From: an uncultured Pseudomonadota bacterium
GTDB taxonomy: Bacteria > Pseudomonadota > Alphaproteobacteria > Rs-D84
DNA length: 64,000 nucleotides
Assembly (NCBI GenBank): GCA_900320405.1
Contig: OOHM01000002.1
Coordinates: forward strand, 159,211 to 223,210
Direction of reading: 5' to 3'
Shown here: positions 9,639-18,597 of the stretch, piece after piece
Layout of the letters: every line of letters starts with the position of its first letter
Numbering within the stretch: the first letter of the stretch is position 1
Translations under genes and position numbers: made by a program
The notes under the pieces: generated by a model
Databases searched by the model: none
What the model was told of the DNA's origin: nothing
What the model saw: the letters and a program-made list of their open reading frames with translations, nothing else

Positions 9639-11201
9639 ATGTTGAAAAAATTGCTGATTATTTTTGTGGCGGTATTTGGTGTGTTGTTGGCCGTGCCAAC
9701 AATGTTGCCGGGGGCCGCAAAATATTTTCCGTCGTGGATGCATCCAATATCTTTGGGTTTGGATTTAAAGGGTGGTGCACAATTGTTGTTAGAGGTTGAT
9801 ACCGCAACAATGTTCCAAGAAAAATCCGTGCAATTGTATGACGAAGTCCGCAGTGCGATGATTGACCGGTCAAAGGGCGTGATTCGGTTTTCGAACCTGC
9901 GTAATAATGATGGCGTGGTGTCGTTAACCCTGCGTGAAGGCGAAGATATGTCGCGTGCCAAGGGGCGTTTGAAAAGTGTGTTTGGAAACACAGTTGATGT
10001 TTCTACATCGGGGCGGACAATAACGCTGTCTTATTCTGATAAACAACGCGAAGAAATGACCGCCGACGCGTTGGCGCGCAGTATAGAAATTGTGCGTCGT
10101 CGTATCGATGCGCTGGGGACCAAAGAACCGTCTATTCAAAGCCAGGGCGGAAAGTATATCTTGGTGCAATTGCCTGGTGTTGATAATCCCGAACATATTA
10201 AAGAATTGATTGGGCAAACCGCAAAAATGACTTTCCATTTGGTAAATGAAAATGTGACACCGGAACAATTGGCATCTGGGGTCGCGCCCGCGGGAACAGA
10301 ATTTTTGCCGTATATGGATGCGGGGTGGAATAAGATTCCGGTTTATTCGCATGTCGAGGTTTCAGGTGAAAGTTTGAAAGATTCCCAGGCAGACTTTGAC
10401 CAAAACAATATGCCGGTTGTGACAACCGTTTTTGATACGGCGGGGGCGCGTCGGTTTGCGAAACTGACCACAGAACACGTAAACGAACGCTTCGCAATTG
10501 TGTTGGACGGCAAAGTTTTATCGGCGCCAACAATTCGTGAACCGATTCCGGGTGGCCGTGGCCAGATTTCTGGTGGCTTCACTTTACAGGGTGCAAAAGA
10601 TTTGGCCGTTCTGTTGCGCAGTGGCGCGTTGCCGGCGCCGTTGCAGGTTATCGAAGAACGCACCGTCGGTGCCGGTTTGGGTGCCGACACGATTGCCCAA
10701 GGCAAGGTTGGGTCCGCAATTGGTGTGTTGTTGGTGTTGTTATTTATGATTGCGGTATATCGCGCATTTGGTTTAATCGCAGATATTGTATTGTTGGTCA
10801 ATTTGGCGATGATTATCGGTATGTCTGCATTGATGGGTGCAACATTGACATTGCCCGGTATCGCCGGTATCGTGTTGACATTGGGTATGGCGGTGGACGC
10901 GAACATATTACCGTTTGAACGTATACGCGATGAAATGCGTTCGGGTGCAACGCCTTTGCGTGCGGTGGATTCCGGATTTAATCGTTCAATGAAAACCGTT
11001 TTGGACGGTGAATTGACCAATTTGATTTGTGCGTTGATTTTGTTCCAATTTGGTGCAGGTCCAATTCGTGGGTTCGCGGTGACACTGTCCATTGGTGTTA
11101 TGACAACGCTGTTCACATGTTTAATGTTGTCGCGTGTGCTGATTGATTGGTATATGGGCGGCAAAAATAAAAAAATTGGTTATGTAAGAATTAAAAAGTA
11201 A
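9639..11201 (+). CDS. secD: Protein translocase subunit SecD
   Basis: Large periplasmic domain plus C-terminal 6-TM RND-like module. Start taken at MLKKLL (ggggg RBS); the alternative ATG is at 9630. Confidence 0.9.
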   Translation: MLKKLLIIFVAVFGVLLAVPTMLPGAAKYFPSWMHPISLGLDLKGGAQLLLEVDTATMFQEKSVQLYDEVRSAMIDRSKGVIRFSNLRNNDGVVSLTLREGEDMSRAKGRLKSVFGNTVDVSTSGRTITLSYSDKQREEMTADALARSIEIVRRRIDALGTKEPSIQSQGGKYILVQLPGVDNPEHIKELIGQTAKMTFHLVNENVTPEQLASGVAPAGTEFLPYMDAGWNKIPVYSHVEVSGESLKDSQADFDQNNMPVVTTVFDTAGARRFAKLTTEHVNERFAIVLDGKVLSAPTIREPIPGGRGQISGGFTLQGAKDLAVLLRSGALPAPLQVIEERTVGAGLGADTIAQGKVGSAIGVLLVLLFMIAVYRAFGLIADIVLLVNLAMIIGMSALMGATLTLPGIAGIVLTLGMAVDANILPFERIRDEMRSGATPLRAVDSGFNRSMKTVLDGELTNLICALILFQFGAGPIRGFAVTLSIGVMTTLFTCLMLSRVLIDWYMGGKNKKIGYVRIKK

Positions 11202-11212
11202 AGGGTTGTGTT

Positions 11213-12076
11213 ATGACATTACATTTTATGAAGTATCGTAAATTGTCTTACTGGATTTCTGGTGCGTTGATTTTGTTGTCGATTTTATCGTTGGTGTTCA
11301 AAGGTTTGAATTATGGTATCGATTTTGCCGGTGGTATTTCGATGGAGGTAAAATCGGTGGATGCGGGTTATACCGTTGATAAAATGCGTCACGATTTGGC
11401 GGCATTCAAACCGGAATTGCAATCGGTTGATAATGATTCTATTTTGATTCGTGTTGGTCTGCCGCGTGGTGCAACCGATGCCGAACAAAATACGCGTGTG
11501 CGTGAAATCAAGGATATTTTGGGCAACCGCGTTGAATATTCCCAGGTTCAAATTGTTGGACCGAAAATTGGTGGCGAATTGGTACGCGGTGGTATATTGG
11601 CCGTATTGGTATCGTTTATATTGATGGCGGTTTATATATGGATTCGTTATCGTGGCGGATATGCCGTTGGGTCTTTTGTGTCGTTGATTTTTGACTTTGT
11701 GTTGATGTTTGGTTTCTTTTCAATTGTTGGTTTGGAATTTAACCAAACGGCGATTGCGGTCGTCCTTATGGGTGTGGGATATTCCATCAATGATAAAGTT
11801 GTGAACTATGACCGAATCGATGAAAATATTAAAAAGTATCACAAGATGCCGATGGATGATTTGATTGATTTGTCGGTCAACGAAATGTTGTCGCGTACAA
11901 TTATGACCAGTATCACAACCATATTGGCGTTGTTGGGGTTGTTTGTGTTCGGGGGAATGGCGTTGCGTGATTTTGCGATTGCGATGACATTCTCGATAAT
12001 TATGGGAACATTGACCAGTATGTATATATCAAACGTTATTTTGTATCACTTTAACCTGCGCGAAACCAAATATTGA
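11213..12076 (+). CDS. secF: Protein translocase subunit SecF
   Basis: 287 aa, 6-TM SecF architecture, immediately downstream of secD. Confidence 0.9.
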   Translation: MTLHFMKYRKLSYWISGALILLSILSLVFKGLNYGIDFAGGISMEVKSVDAGYTVDKMRHDLAAFKPELQSVDNDSILIRVGLPRGATDAEQNTRVREIKDILGNRVEYSQVQIVGPKIGGELVRGGILAVLVSFILMAVYIWIRYRGGYAVGSFVSLIFDFVLMFGFFSIVGLEFNQTAIAVVLMGVGYSINDKVVNYDRIDENIKKYHKMPMDDLIDLSVNEMLSRTIMTSITTILALLGLFVFGGMALRDFAIAMTFSIIMGTLTSMYISNVILYHFNLRETKY

Positions 12077-12120
12077 TATCTGTGCGGTTTGTGGGCAAAC
12101 GACCAAGGGAGGGGAAACGT

Positions 12121-13626
12121 ATGATAAAAATAATAACATTTGTTTGTGGAATATTATTATCCGCCGTTGGTGCGTATGCGGGCGATTTGTTCTTTGAAGA
12201 TGAACCAATTCAGGATGGCATAAATGTTGTCCAGATGTCGCGCGACTTTGCCGAAATTTATGAAAAATTAGATGGTGTAAAGTGGGGCGGAAAAAGTATA
12301 AATGTCGCAATCGAAAGTTTGGAAAATTTGAACACAAATGCGCATATCGCCGCCACCGATGAACGGGTGGTTTTGGTTTGGGGCGACAGTATCGTTGCAA
12401 ACTATCCGCGTCCGGCCGCGCGTGATTGGGATGCGTTTGGTGAAATTACAACCGCACTGATTTTGAAATTGCGTGAACGTGATGCGCGTCTGCATTCTGC
12501 GTCGGACAGTGAAATTTACCGTGCGGTGGTGGATGGTTTAATGCGCGGAATTGATGAAAATGGTCGATATGTTTTTTCGACCGATGCGTCTGTCACCGAT
12601 GATGGAAGAATTCTTACCAGTGTCGGTATCGAAGGCGCACGTGACGAACGTGGAAACTTTCGGGTGTTGGGTGTGTACAAGGGATCGCCGGCGGACAATG
12701 CCGGAATATCGACCGGTGATTTGATTGGCGAAATAAATGGTACATTGGTTTCCGAATTGTCCGATTCGGTGTTGGCGGCAATGATGTCCGGATTTAATTC
12801 GGGAACACTGAAAATGACATTGATGACGCCGGGTGGGGCGCGTCGTGTTGTGGTGCGTCGTGCAACGATTGTTTTGGCGGATACAGATGTTATATTTATG
12901 GATGATGATAACGGTGGCATTTTAGAGATAGTTGTAAACCGTATTTCAAATAACAGTGTTTCAATTGTGAACGAGGCATTGAATGAACATCAAAATCTGT
13001 CAGGGGTAATTTTAGATTTGCGTTCTGCGTTTGGCGACGATGAACGCGCGGCGGCAAAATTGGCGGGACTTTTTATAGGATCTAAACCGATAATGCGAAT
13101 AGTTGAAACGGCCGGTGAAGAATTAGAAATTGTGCCGGCGGGTGGGGCGTTGACCGATGCACCGGTTGTTGTTGTTGTATCTAATATGACACGTGGCACC
13201 GCCGAGGCCGTTGCAAATGCGTTCTATGAAAATGGTCGTGGTGTTTTAATTGGAACACCGACGGCGGGAAATGCGCGAATCGCATCACGCGTAAATTTGA
13301 AAAATGGTGCCGTGTTGGAATTGATGAATAAATCTATCAAGGCAACCGATGGGCGTGCATTGGATGGGCGCGGTGTGTTCCCGTTGGTGTGTTTGTCGAA
13401 TATACGAACATCGGGACAACAAAGTGCATTCTTCTTGAATGTGATAAATCACGATTTCAAGGCGCGTGATTTTAACGGTGAAAAAAATGTTGATGCGGAA
13501 TCGGTGCGTCGCGGATGTCCAACAATCACCAGTGGTGAAGACGAAGATTTATTGTCGCGTTCGGTGGCCGTGCAATTGTTAACAGACCCGAAAGTTTACA
13601 GTCGTTTGTTAAATCTTAGTAATTAA
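12121..13626 (+). CDS. S41 (C-terminal processing peptidase)-like PDZ-domain protein; the canonical Ser/Lys catalytic motifs are not evident
   Basis: Signal peptide MIKIITFVCGILLSAVGAYA. PDZ segment GNFRVLGVYKGSPADNAGISTGDLIGEING. S41-type motifs VILDLRSAFGDD and ...RGTAEAVANAF...GTPTAGNA fall where GSASASE and FGKG are expected. GGAGGGG RBS before 12121. Confidence 0.65.
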   Translation: MIKIITFVCGILLSAVGAYAGDLFFEDEPIQDGINVVQMSRDFAEIYEKLDGVKWGGKSINVAIESLENLNTNAHIAATDERVVLVWGDSIVANYPRPAARDWDAFGEITTALILKLRERDARLHSASDSEIYRAVVDGLMRGIDENGRYVFSTDASVTDDGRILTSVGIEGARDERGNFRVLGVYKGSPADNAGISTGDLIGEINGTLVSELSDSVLAAMMSGFNSGTLKMTLMTPGGARRVVVRRATIVLADTDVIFMDDDNGGILEIVVNRISNNSVSIVNEALNEHQNLSGVILDLRSAFGDDERAAAKLAGLFIGSKPIMRIVETAGEELEIVPAGGALTDAPVVVVVSNMTRGTAEAVANAFYENGRGVLIGTPTAGNARIASRVNLKNGAVLELMNKSIKATDGRALDGRGVFPLVCLSNIRTSGQQSAFFLNVINHDFKARDFNGEKNVDAESVRRGCPTITSGEDEDLLSRSVAVQLLTDPKVYSRLLNLSN

Positions 13627-13642
13627 AACAAAGGAAATAAAA

Positions 13643-14299
13643 ATGTTTCTAACCAAAAAAAACAAGTTGGGTTTATATAGAATTTTGATGGGCGCCATTA
13701 TTACGGTGGTGTTGATTTTGATGGGCGTGTTTTGGTTTGATATTCCGGTATTCAATTTTTTGCGTCATTTTGATTATAAAATTTGGGCTGTGTTGGGCAC
13801 AATTTTTTCGGCCAAAAATTGGTTGGTTGTATCATTAATTGTGTTGATGGTTTTCTATATTAAAAAAAGTATTCAAACAAAACCCAAATTCAGTTTTAAA
13901 GATTTCTATAATAAAATTAAAAGCAGTTATGCATTTTGGATTTTTTCGTCGGTGTTTTTGGCGACCTCTACCGGTGCAGTGTTAAAATTTGTAATTGGTC
14001 GTGCGCGCCCGATATTTTATGAAGCAATTGGGATGACCGGTTTTTTCCCGTTTACCGGTGATATGGCCTTTCATTCGATGCCGTCGGGACATGCATTGGC
14101 ATCTTTTGCCGGGTTGGTTATGATTGGAATGTTGGCACCGCGTGCGAAATGGTTTACTTGGTCTTTTGCGATATTAATTGCGTTTTCGCGCGTGTGTGCG
14201 GGAGTGCATTGGCCATCGGATGTTATATTCGGCGCGGTTTGGGGTGTAATGTGTGCCGATATTGTTCATGCGTGGATGGTGCGCCGATTAAATAAATAA
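13643..14299 (+). CDS. PAP2-family phosphatase (PgpB-like lipid phosphatase) membrane protein
   Basis: Polytopic membrane protein with PAP2 signature motifs KFVIGRARP, PSGHA and SRVCAGVHWPSDV. Confidence 0.75.
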   Translation: MFLTKKNKLGLYRILMGAIITVVLILMGVFWFDIPVFNFLRHFDYKIWAVLGTIFSAKNWLVVSLIVLMVFYIKKSIQTKPKFSFKDFYNKIKSSYAFWIFSSVFLATSTGAVLKFVIGRARPIFYEAIGMTGFFPFTGDMAFHSMPSGHALASFAGLVMIGMLAPRAKWFTWSFAILIAFSRVCAGVHWPSDVIFGAVWGVMCADIVHAWMVRRLNK

Positions 14300-14347
14300 T
14301 ATGGTGGACTGTTATTTTTGTTTTTTTTGTGATAGAATGCCAATGAT

Positions 14348-16558
14348 ATGAGCAAACAATCCAAATTTTTGCCCGACAGTATGTCTGGTGCATTAAAGGC
14401 CATAATTGGCAAGTTGTTTGGTATTGTTGTTTTCTTGGTCGCGACGTGGGCTATTTTGGCTTTGGTTTTTCATAATCCGTATTTAGATGGTATTTCGGTC
14501 GCGGGTAATTTTGGTAACCAATCCATAATGGGTAATATTGTCGGGGCATTGCGCTATGCCGTTGGGTTTGTGCCGGCAATCTTTGTGTTGATGTGCCTTG
14601 CGCGGTATGGTCTTACATTGTTGATTGGGCGGGGTGCCGATTCGACCCCGGAATATAATATTTTGCGTGGTTTTGTTGGTGTGTGTTTGGGGGCCGCAGG
14701 TTTTGGCTTGATTGCACCGCGAACCACATTTGGTGGAATGATTGGTTCTATTGTCGCCGCAGATGTTTCTGGAATAATTGGTGGTTTTGGGATATTGGTC
14801 GGGATATTATGCTTGGTCGGTTTTTTTGCGATTGCGGGTGTATTACTGCATATCAGTTTGGCAGATGTTATGCGTATAGTTCGAATCGTGTGGCGTATGT
14901 TGCGATACATTTTAACCGCGTTCCATTTAATGCGACCCATAGAATCAGATGAAGAAGAAATAGAAGACGAAGAAGAAGTAGAAGAGGAAGTCGAAGAAGA
15001 AGAAAAACCAAAACCGCGTAGAAAGCCGGCGCGTCGTCGTACCGAATCGCAAAGCGCCGGGGCAGTAGAATACGAATTGCCGGATCCAGAATTTTTGGAA
15101 AAGTCCAATTTTGGCAAAACTGTTGTGACACCGGAATTGAAACAGAACGCGCGTGCGATGGAAATTCATTTTGCCGAATATGGTGTGAACGGTCGGGTGA
15201 CGGGGATACGCCCCGGCCCGATTGTGACACTGTATGAATTTATGCCCGATAGTGGTGTGCGTATGGTTGATATTAACAAAACCGTCAAAGATATGACGCG
15301 TGCGATGGCAACCGAAAATATTCGTATTGCGCACATTCCGCGTACAGAATTGATTGGTGTAGAAATGGTGAATTTGAATCGGCAAACAGTGCGGTTCCAG
15401 GGTTTGGTTGCAAATGATGCGTTTGTAAATTCTAAATACAAAATTCCATTGGCGTTGGGTGTTGATATTGGTGGAAATCCAATGTATTTTGATTTGGCAA
15501 AAATGCCACACGTTTTGATTGCGGGTCGTACCGGTTCGGGTAAATCTGTATTTGTGCAATCTATTATTATGTCGGTGCTGTATCACTTTACGCCGGATAA
15601 ATGCAAATTGATGATTATTGACCCCAAGGGGGTGGACTTTGGGTTCTGGGATGATATTCCGCACCTGATTACGCCGATTATAAAACTGGACCCGAATGCG
15701 GCGGTCAATGCGTTGAAATGGTCGGTCCAGGAAATGGAAATTCGGTATAAACAATTACTGGATTTTGGCGTTCAAAATATCGAGGCTTATAACCAGGCGG
15801 TTGCCGAAAAACGTGCCAAAGGTGAGGTTGTGACCAAACAGGTTGCGGTTGGCACAGACCCGGAAACCGGTGAATTGGAATACGAAACGCAGACGGTCGA
15901 TTTATCTGATATGCCGTATATGGTAATTGTCATTGACGAGGTTGCCGATTTGATGGGCGTTGCCCGCAAGGAGGTCGAGGCCTGTGTTCAACGCCTTGCA
16001 CAAAAGGCGCGTGCGGCGGGTATACACCTGGTTATGGCTACACAACGACCCGATGCGACGACCATTACCGGCGTTATCAAGGCGAATTTCCCAACCCGTA
16101 TTTCTTTCCAGGCGCGCAGTAATATCGACAGTATGACAACACTGGGCGAAAAGGGTGCAGAAAACTTACTGGCGTGTGGTGATATGTTGTTCAGCGAGGC
16201 CGGCCGCGTGCCGGTGCGCATACACGGTGCGTTTATTGAACCGGCGGAAATGAACCGTGTGGCCGATTTCTTGCGTGCCCAGGGCGAGCCGGAATATGTT
16301 GCGGGTGTTGTTGATGGCGAATCCGCCGGTGCGGGCGCGGTGGCAATTCCGGGAATGCCGGCGTCCAGTGGTGATAAAGATGCCGATTTGTATGCCCAGG
16401 CCAAAGAGTATGTTATTCGTGATAAAAAACCAACAATTTCGTATATTCAACGCCGGCTTCAGATTGGTTATAACAAGGCCGCCGGATTTATGGAACGTAT
16501 GGAACAAGAAGGCATAGTCAGTGTCCCCGACCCGAACGGCAAAAGACATATATTATAG
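14348..16558 (+). CDS. ftsK: DNA translocase FtsK
   Basis: N-terminal TM domain, poly-acidic/basic linker (EEEIEDEEEVEEEVEEEEKPKPRRKPARRR), C-terminal motor with Walker A GRTGSGKS, and a gamma winged-helix domain at the C-terminus. Confidence 0.92.
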   Translation: MSKQSKFLPDSMSGALKAIIGKLFGIVVFLVATWAILALVFHNPYLDGISVAGNFGNQSIMGNIVGALRYAVGFVPAIFVLMCLARYGLTLLIGRGADSTPEYNILRGFVGVCLGAAGFGLIAPRTTFGGMIGSIVAADVSGIIGGFGILVGILCLVGFFAIAGVLLHISLADVMRIVRIVWRMLRYILTAFHLMRPIESDEEEIEDEEEVEEEVEEEEKPKPRRKPARRRTESQSAGAVEYELPDPEFLEKSNFGKTVVTPELKQNARAMEIHFAEYGVNGRVTGIRPGPIVTLYEFMPDSGVRMVDINKTVKDMTRAMATENIRIAHIPRTELIGVEMVNLNRQTVRFQGLVANDAFVNSKYKIPLALGVDIGGNPMYFDLAKMPHVLIAGRTGSGKSVFVQSIIMSVLYHFTPDKCKLMIIDPKGVDFGFWDDIPHLITPIIKLDPNAAVNALKWSVQEMEIRYKQLLDFGVQNIEAYNQAVAEKRAKGEVVTKQVAVGTDPETGELEYETQTVDLSDMPYMVIVIDEVADLMGVARKEVEACVQRLAQKARAAGIHLVMATQRPDATTITGVIKANFPTRISFQARSNIDSMTTLGEKGAENLLACGDMLFSEAGRVPVRIHGAFIEPAEMNRVADFLRAQGEPEYVAGVVDGESAGAGAVAIPGMPASSGDKDADLYAQAKEYVIRDKKPTISYIQRRLQIGYNKAAGFMERMEQEGIVSVPDPNGKRHIL

Positions 16559-16584
16559 TTGTTAGTGTAAGTGGTTAGTGAAAA

Positions 16585-16610
16585 AACCGGCGGGGAACCG
16601 CCGGTTTTTT
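16585..16610 (+). terminator. Rho-independent terminator after ftsK
   Basis: ccggcgg-ggaa-ccgccgg hairpin followed by tttttt. Confidence 0.6.
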
Positions 16611-16666
16611 ATAAGTCCCCTTCACGTTTCGTGAAAGGGGGGGGCGCGGAACGCGGTGGGGTAGGT

Positions 16667-16756
16667 GGTCGAAATAATCGTACCTTTTTGTCCAGTACTT
16701 TTTTCAAAAATTATTTTCAGTAATTTCAATATGTTATGATTTAGCATAAGTACTGG
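16667..16756 (+). repeat. Cassette copy at 16.67 kb (truncated). It has the conserved leader, the left 21-bp IR arm and the spacer, but only 8 bp of the right arm; the promoter/RBS/start segment is deleted.
   Basis: Near-identical to 28565-28653 and 52470-52559. Homology resumes about 75 bp further on in the other copies. Confidence 0.7.
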
Positions 16757-17235
16757 ATAAAACGGTTGCATCAATTATCGCAATTAATTCAGTCTTCGCA
16801 GATACAATATCAACCGTTACATCACGGGGGTATGTTGATGCGGCGGTCGCAACGAAACAGCCGAAAATTCCCGCCGCCGGTACGAACGCATCTACACCCG
16901 GTGAAACGGTCGTTACATACACATCAACCGGCGATGGCACAATCGGTGAACGCGGAATTGTTGATATGGAAAGTGGATATATTGCGGGCGGTTTGGTTAC
17001 CGCCGAAGCATTAGAAGAGTATGTTAATTGTATGCAGAATCACCAAACGGGCTTTGAATGTGTGGAAGAAAATTCAAATGGTGATTGTATGCTGGTAACC
17101 CTGTTTGAAGAAGATCGGGATTGTGACAACCCGTTTGATGGAAAAATATGCAGCACGAATTCCGATTGCAACCAAAATGAAAATGAACGTTGCTTTAATG
17201 GCAGGTGTGTGGCGGTGGAACCCACAATAGGTTGA
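16750..17235 (+). pseudogene. 5'-deleted member of the polymorphic secreted-protein family: the frame stays open but there is no RBS, start codon or signal peptide N-region
   Basis: In-frame translation ...VASIIAINSVFADTISTVTSRGYVDAAVATKQPKIPAAG...ETVVTYTSTGDGTIGERGIVD... matches the mature N-termini of the 28719 and 52621 genes. The first in-frame ATG is at 16966 (track ORF 16966-17235). The C-terminus carries a Cys-rich module. Confidence 0.55.
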
Positions 17236-17315
17236 TTTGAATAATACTAATTTATTCTTTGTAATCCGGAATTTTTTATGGTATAATTCGGGTATCAAGA
17301 AAGGAGTATTACAAG

Positions 17316-18524
17316 ATGAAAAAACATTTTTCGTTGTTTATGTTGATGGCGGCGTTTGTCGCAATGCCGGCGGTGGCAGAGACCAATTGGGGTATGCAGG
17401 CCGGTTCAACGGCGGACCTGACGGGGGCACCGGCGGTGCGTTCGAACCCATCAAATGTGAACTATCAAAAATATGAAACGCGTTCGACAACGCGGACATA
17501 CAGCACCGATGCCGGTGCGCGCAGTACGGCCAGTGGTTCGTATTATCAACCTTCGTCAAATCGCAGCCAGATGTATCGCACATACAACAGTGGGGCAACA
17601 ACGCGCAGTGCGACAACAACCCGTACAGAAACGGTGCGCAGCGCGATGAAACGTAAATATTATTTGGCGCATCCGTTCTTTCAACCGACCGAAGGTAAAT
17701 TTGGTTCTATAACCGATTTGTCTTATAACACATCGTCGTATGATATTGATTTTATCCCAAGTGGCGCCATGAGTGATACCGAAGCAAAATGGAAAATGAA
17801 ACAATTTGCCATCAAAGAAGACCTTAGTTATGGTATTACCGACCGGTTTGCCGTGTTGTTGATGGGGCGCTATGATTTTTCAAAATATAAATTCGATTGG
17901 AAAACCGCACCAGATGACAAGATGGATGATAATGATTTGAATATATATGGTGCCGGTTTGCAATGGCGTTTCGTTGATAACGAAAAATGGATTGCAACAT
18001 TGTCTGGATATTACGAAAGACAAAAAGACATTGCCAATGATTTTGTTTTGGATTTCAAGGCGGGTTATAAAGTTTCCAAATCTACAATCTATGGTTTGGC
18101 CCGTGGTTGGTTGGTATTGTTTGATGATGAATATTATGGCAATGGTGTCACTGGTAAAAACGAAGGTGGCGTCGTAGAATCTTTGTTCATTGCGTATGAC
18201 GATGATGCCAAAACAACATTCTTTATCGAAGGTGGTTTAGGTGTGTTCAGCGTTCTGGAAGAAGATTGGACATTGAACCTGGAGGCCATATTCGGTCATT
18301 ACGATTGGCATAACCAGGCATCTATCAAGGGTGCAATTGGTTGGCAACCGAATGATTGGTTCGCATTGGAATTGTATGCGAAAACATCGTTCTATGATAC
18401 GGCCGAAGGCAAGAAGTTGGATTTCTATGGAACCGAGGCCGGTGTATGGAGTGCGATGGGGCAGGCCAAATTGGATAAATACAATGAGACATCATTTGGT
18501 GGCCGTGTGATATTCTACTTCTAA
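17316..18524 (+). CDS. Predicted outer-membrane beta-barrel protein (signal peptide, Ser/Thr/Arg-rich N-terminal region, C-terminal ...VIFYF)
   Basis: Signal peptide MKKHFSLFMLMAAFVAMPAVA, alternating amphipathic beta-strand pattern and a terminal aromatic residue. RBS aaggag. Confidence 0.55.
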   Translation: MKKHFSLFMLMAAFVAMPAVAETNWGMQAGSTADLTGAPAVRSNPSNVNYQKYETRSTTRTYSTDAGARSTASGSYYQPSSNRSQMYRTYNSGATTRSATTTRTETVRSAMKRKYYLAHPFFQPTEGKFGSITDLSYNTSSYDIDFIPSGAMSDTEAKWKMKQFAIKEDLSYGITDRFAVLLMGRYDFSKYKFDWKTAPDDKMDDNDLNIYGAGLQWRFVDNEKWIATLSGYYERQKDIANDFVLDFKAGYKVSKSTIYGLARGWLVLFDDEYYGNGVTGKNEGGVVESLFIAYDDDAKTTFFIEGGLGVFSVLEEDWTLNLEAIFGHYDWHNQASIKGAIGWQPNDWFALELYAKTSFYDTAEGKKLDFYGTEAGVWSAMGQAKLDKYNETSFGGRVIFYF

Positions 18525-18597
18525 TGTTAAAATAAATGCCGGCGGCGTAATTCGTCGCCGGAATTTTTTATAATGATTAAAAAATGGGAAGCAATTA

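Noticed and set aside
10343-11164. 273-aa minus-strand ORF inside secD
   Set aside because: Shadow ORF opposite the conserved SecD TM domain.
14554-15754. Minus-strand ORFs 14554-15117, 14868-15230 and 14945-15754 inside ftsK
   Set aside because: They are antisense to a well-supported ftsK frame. They consist largely of low-complexity Ser/Phe runs, which mirror the GAA-rich linker.
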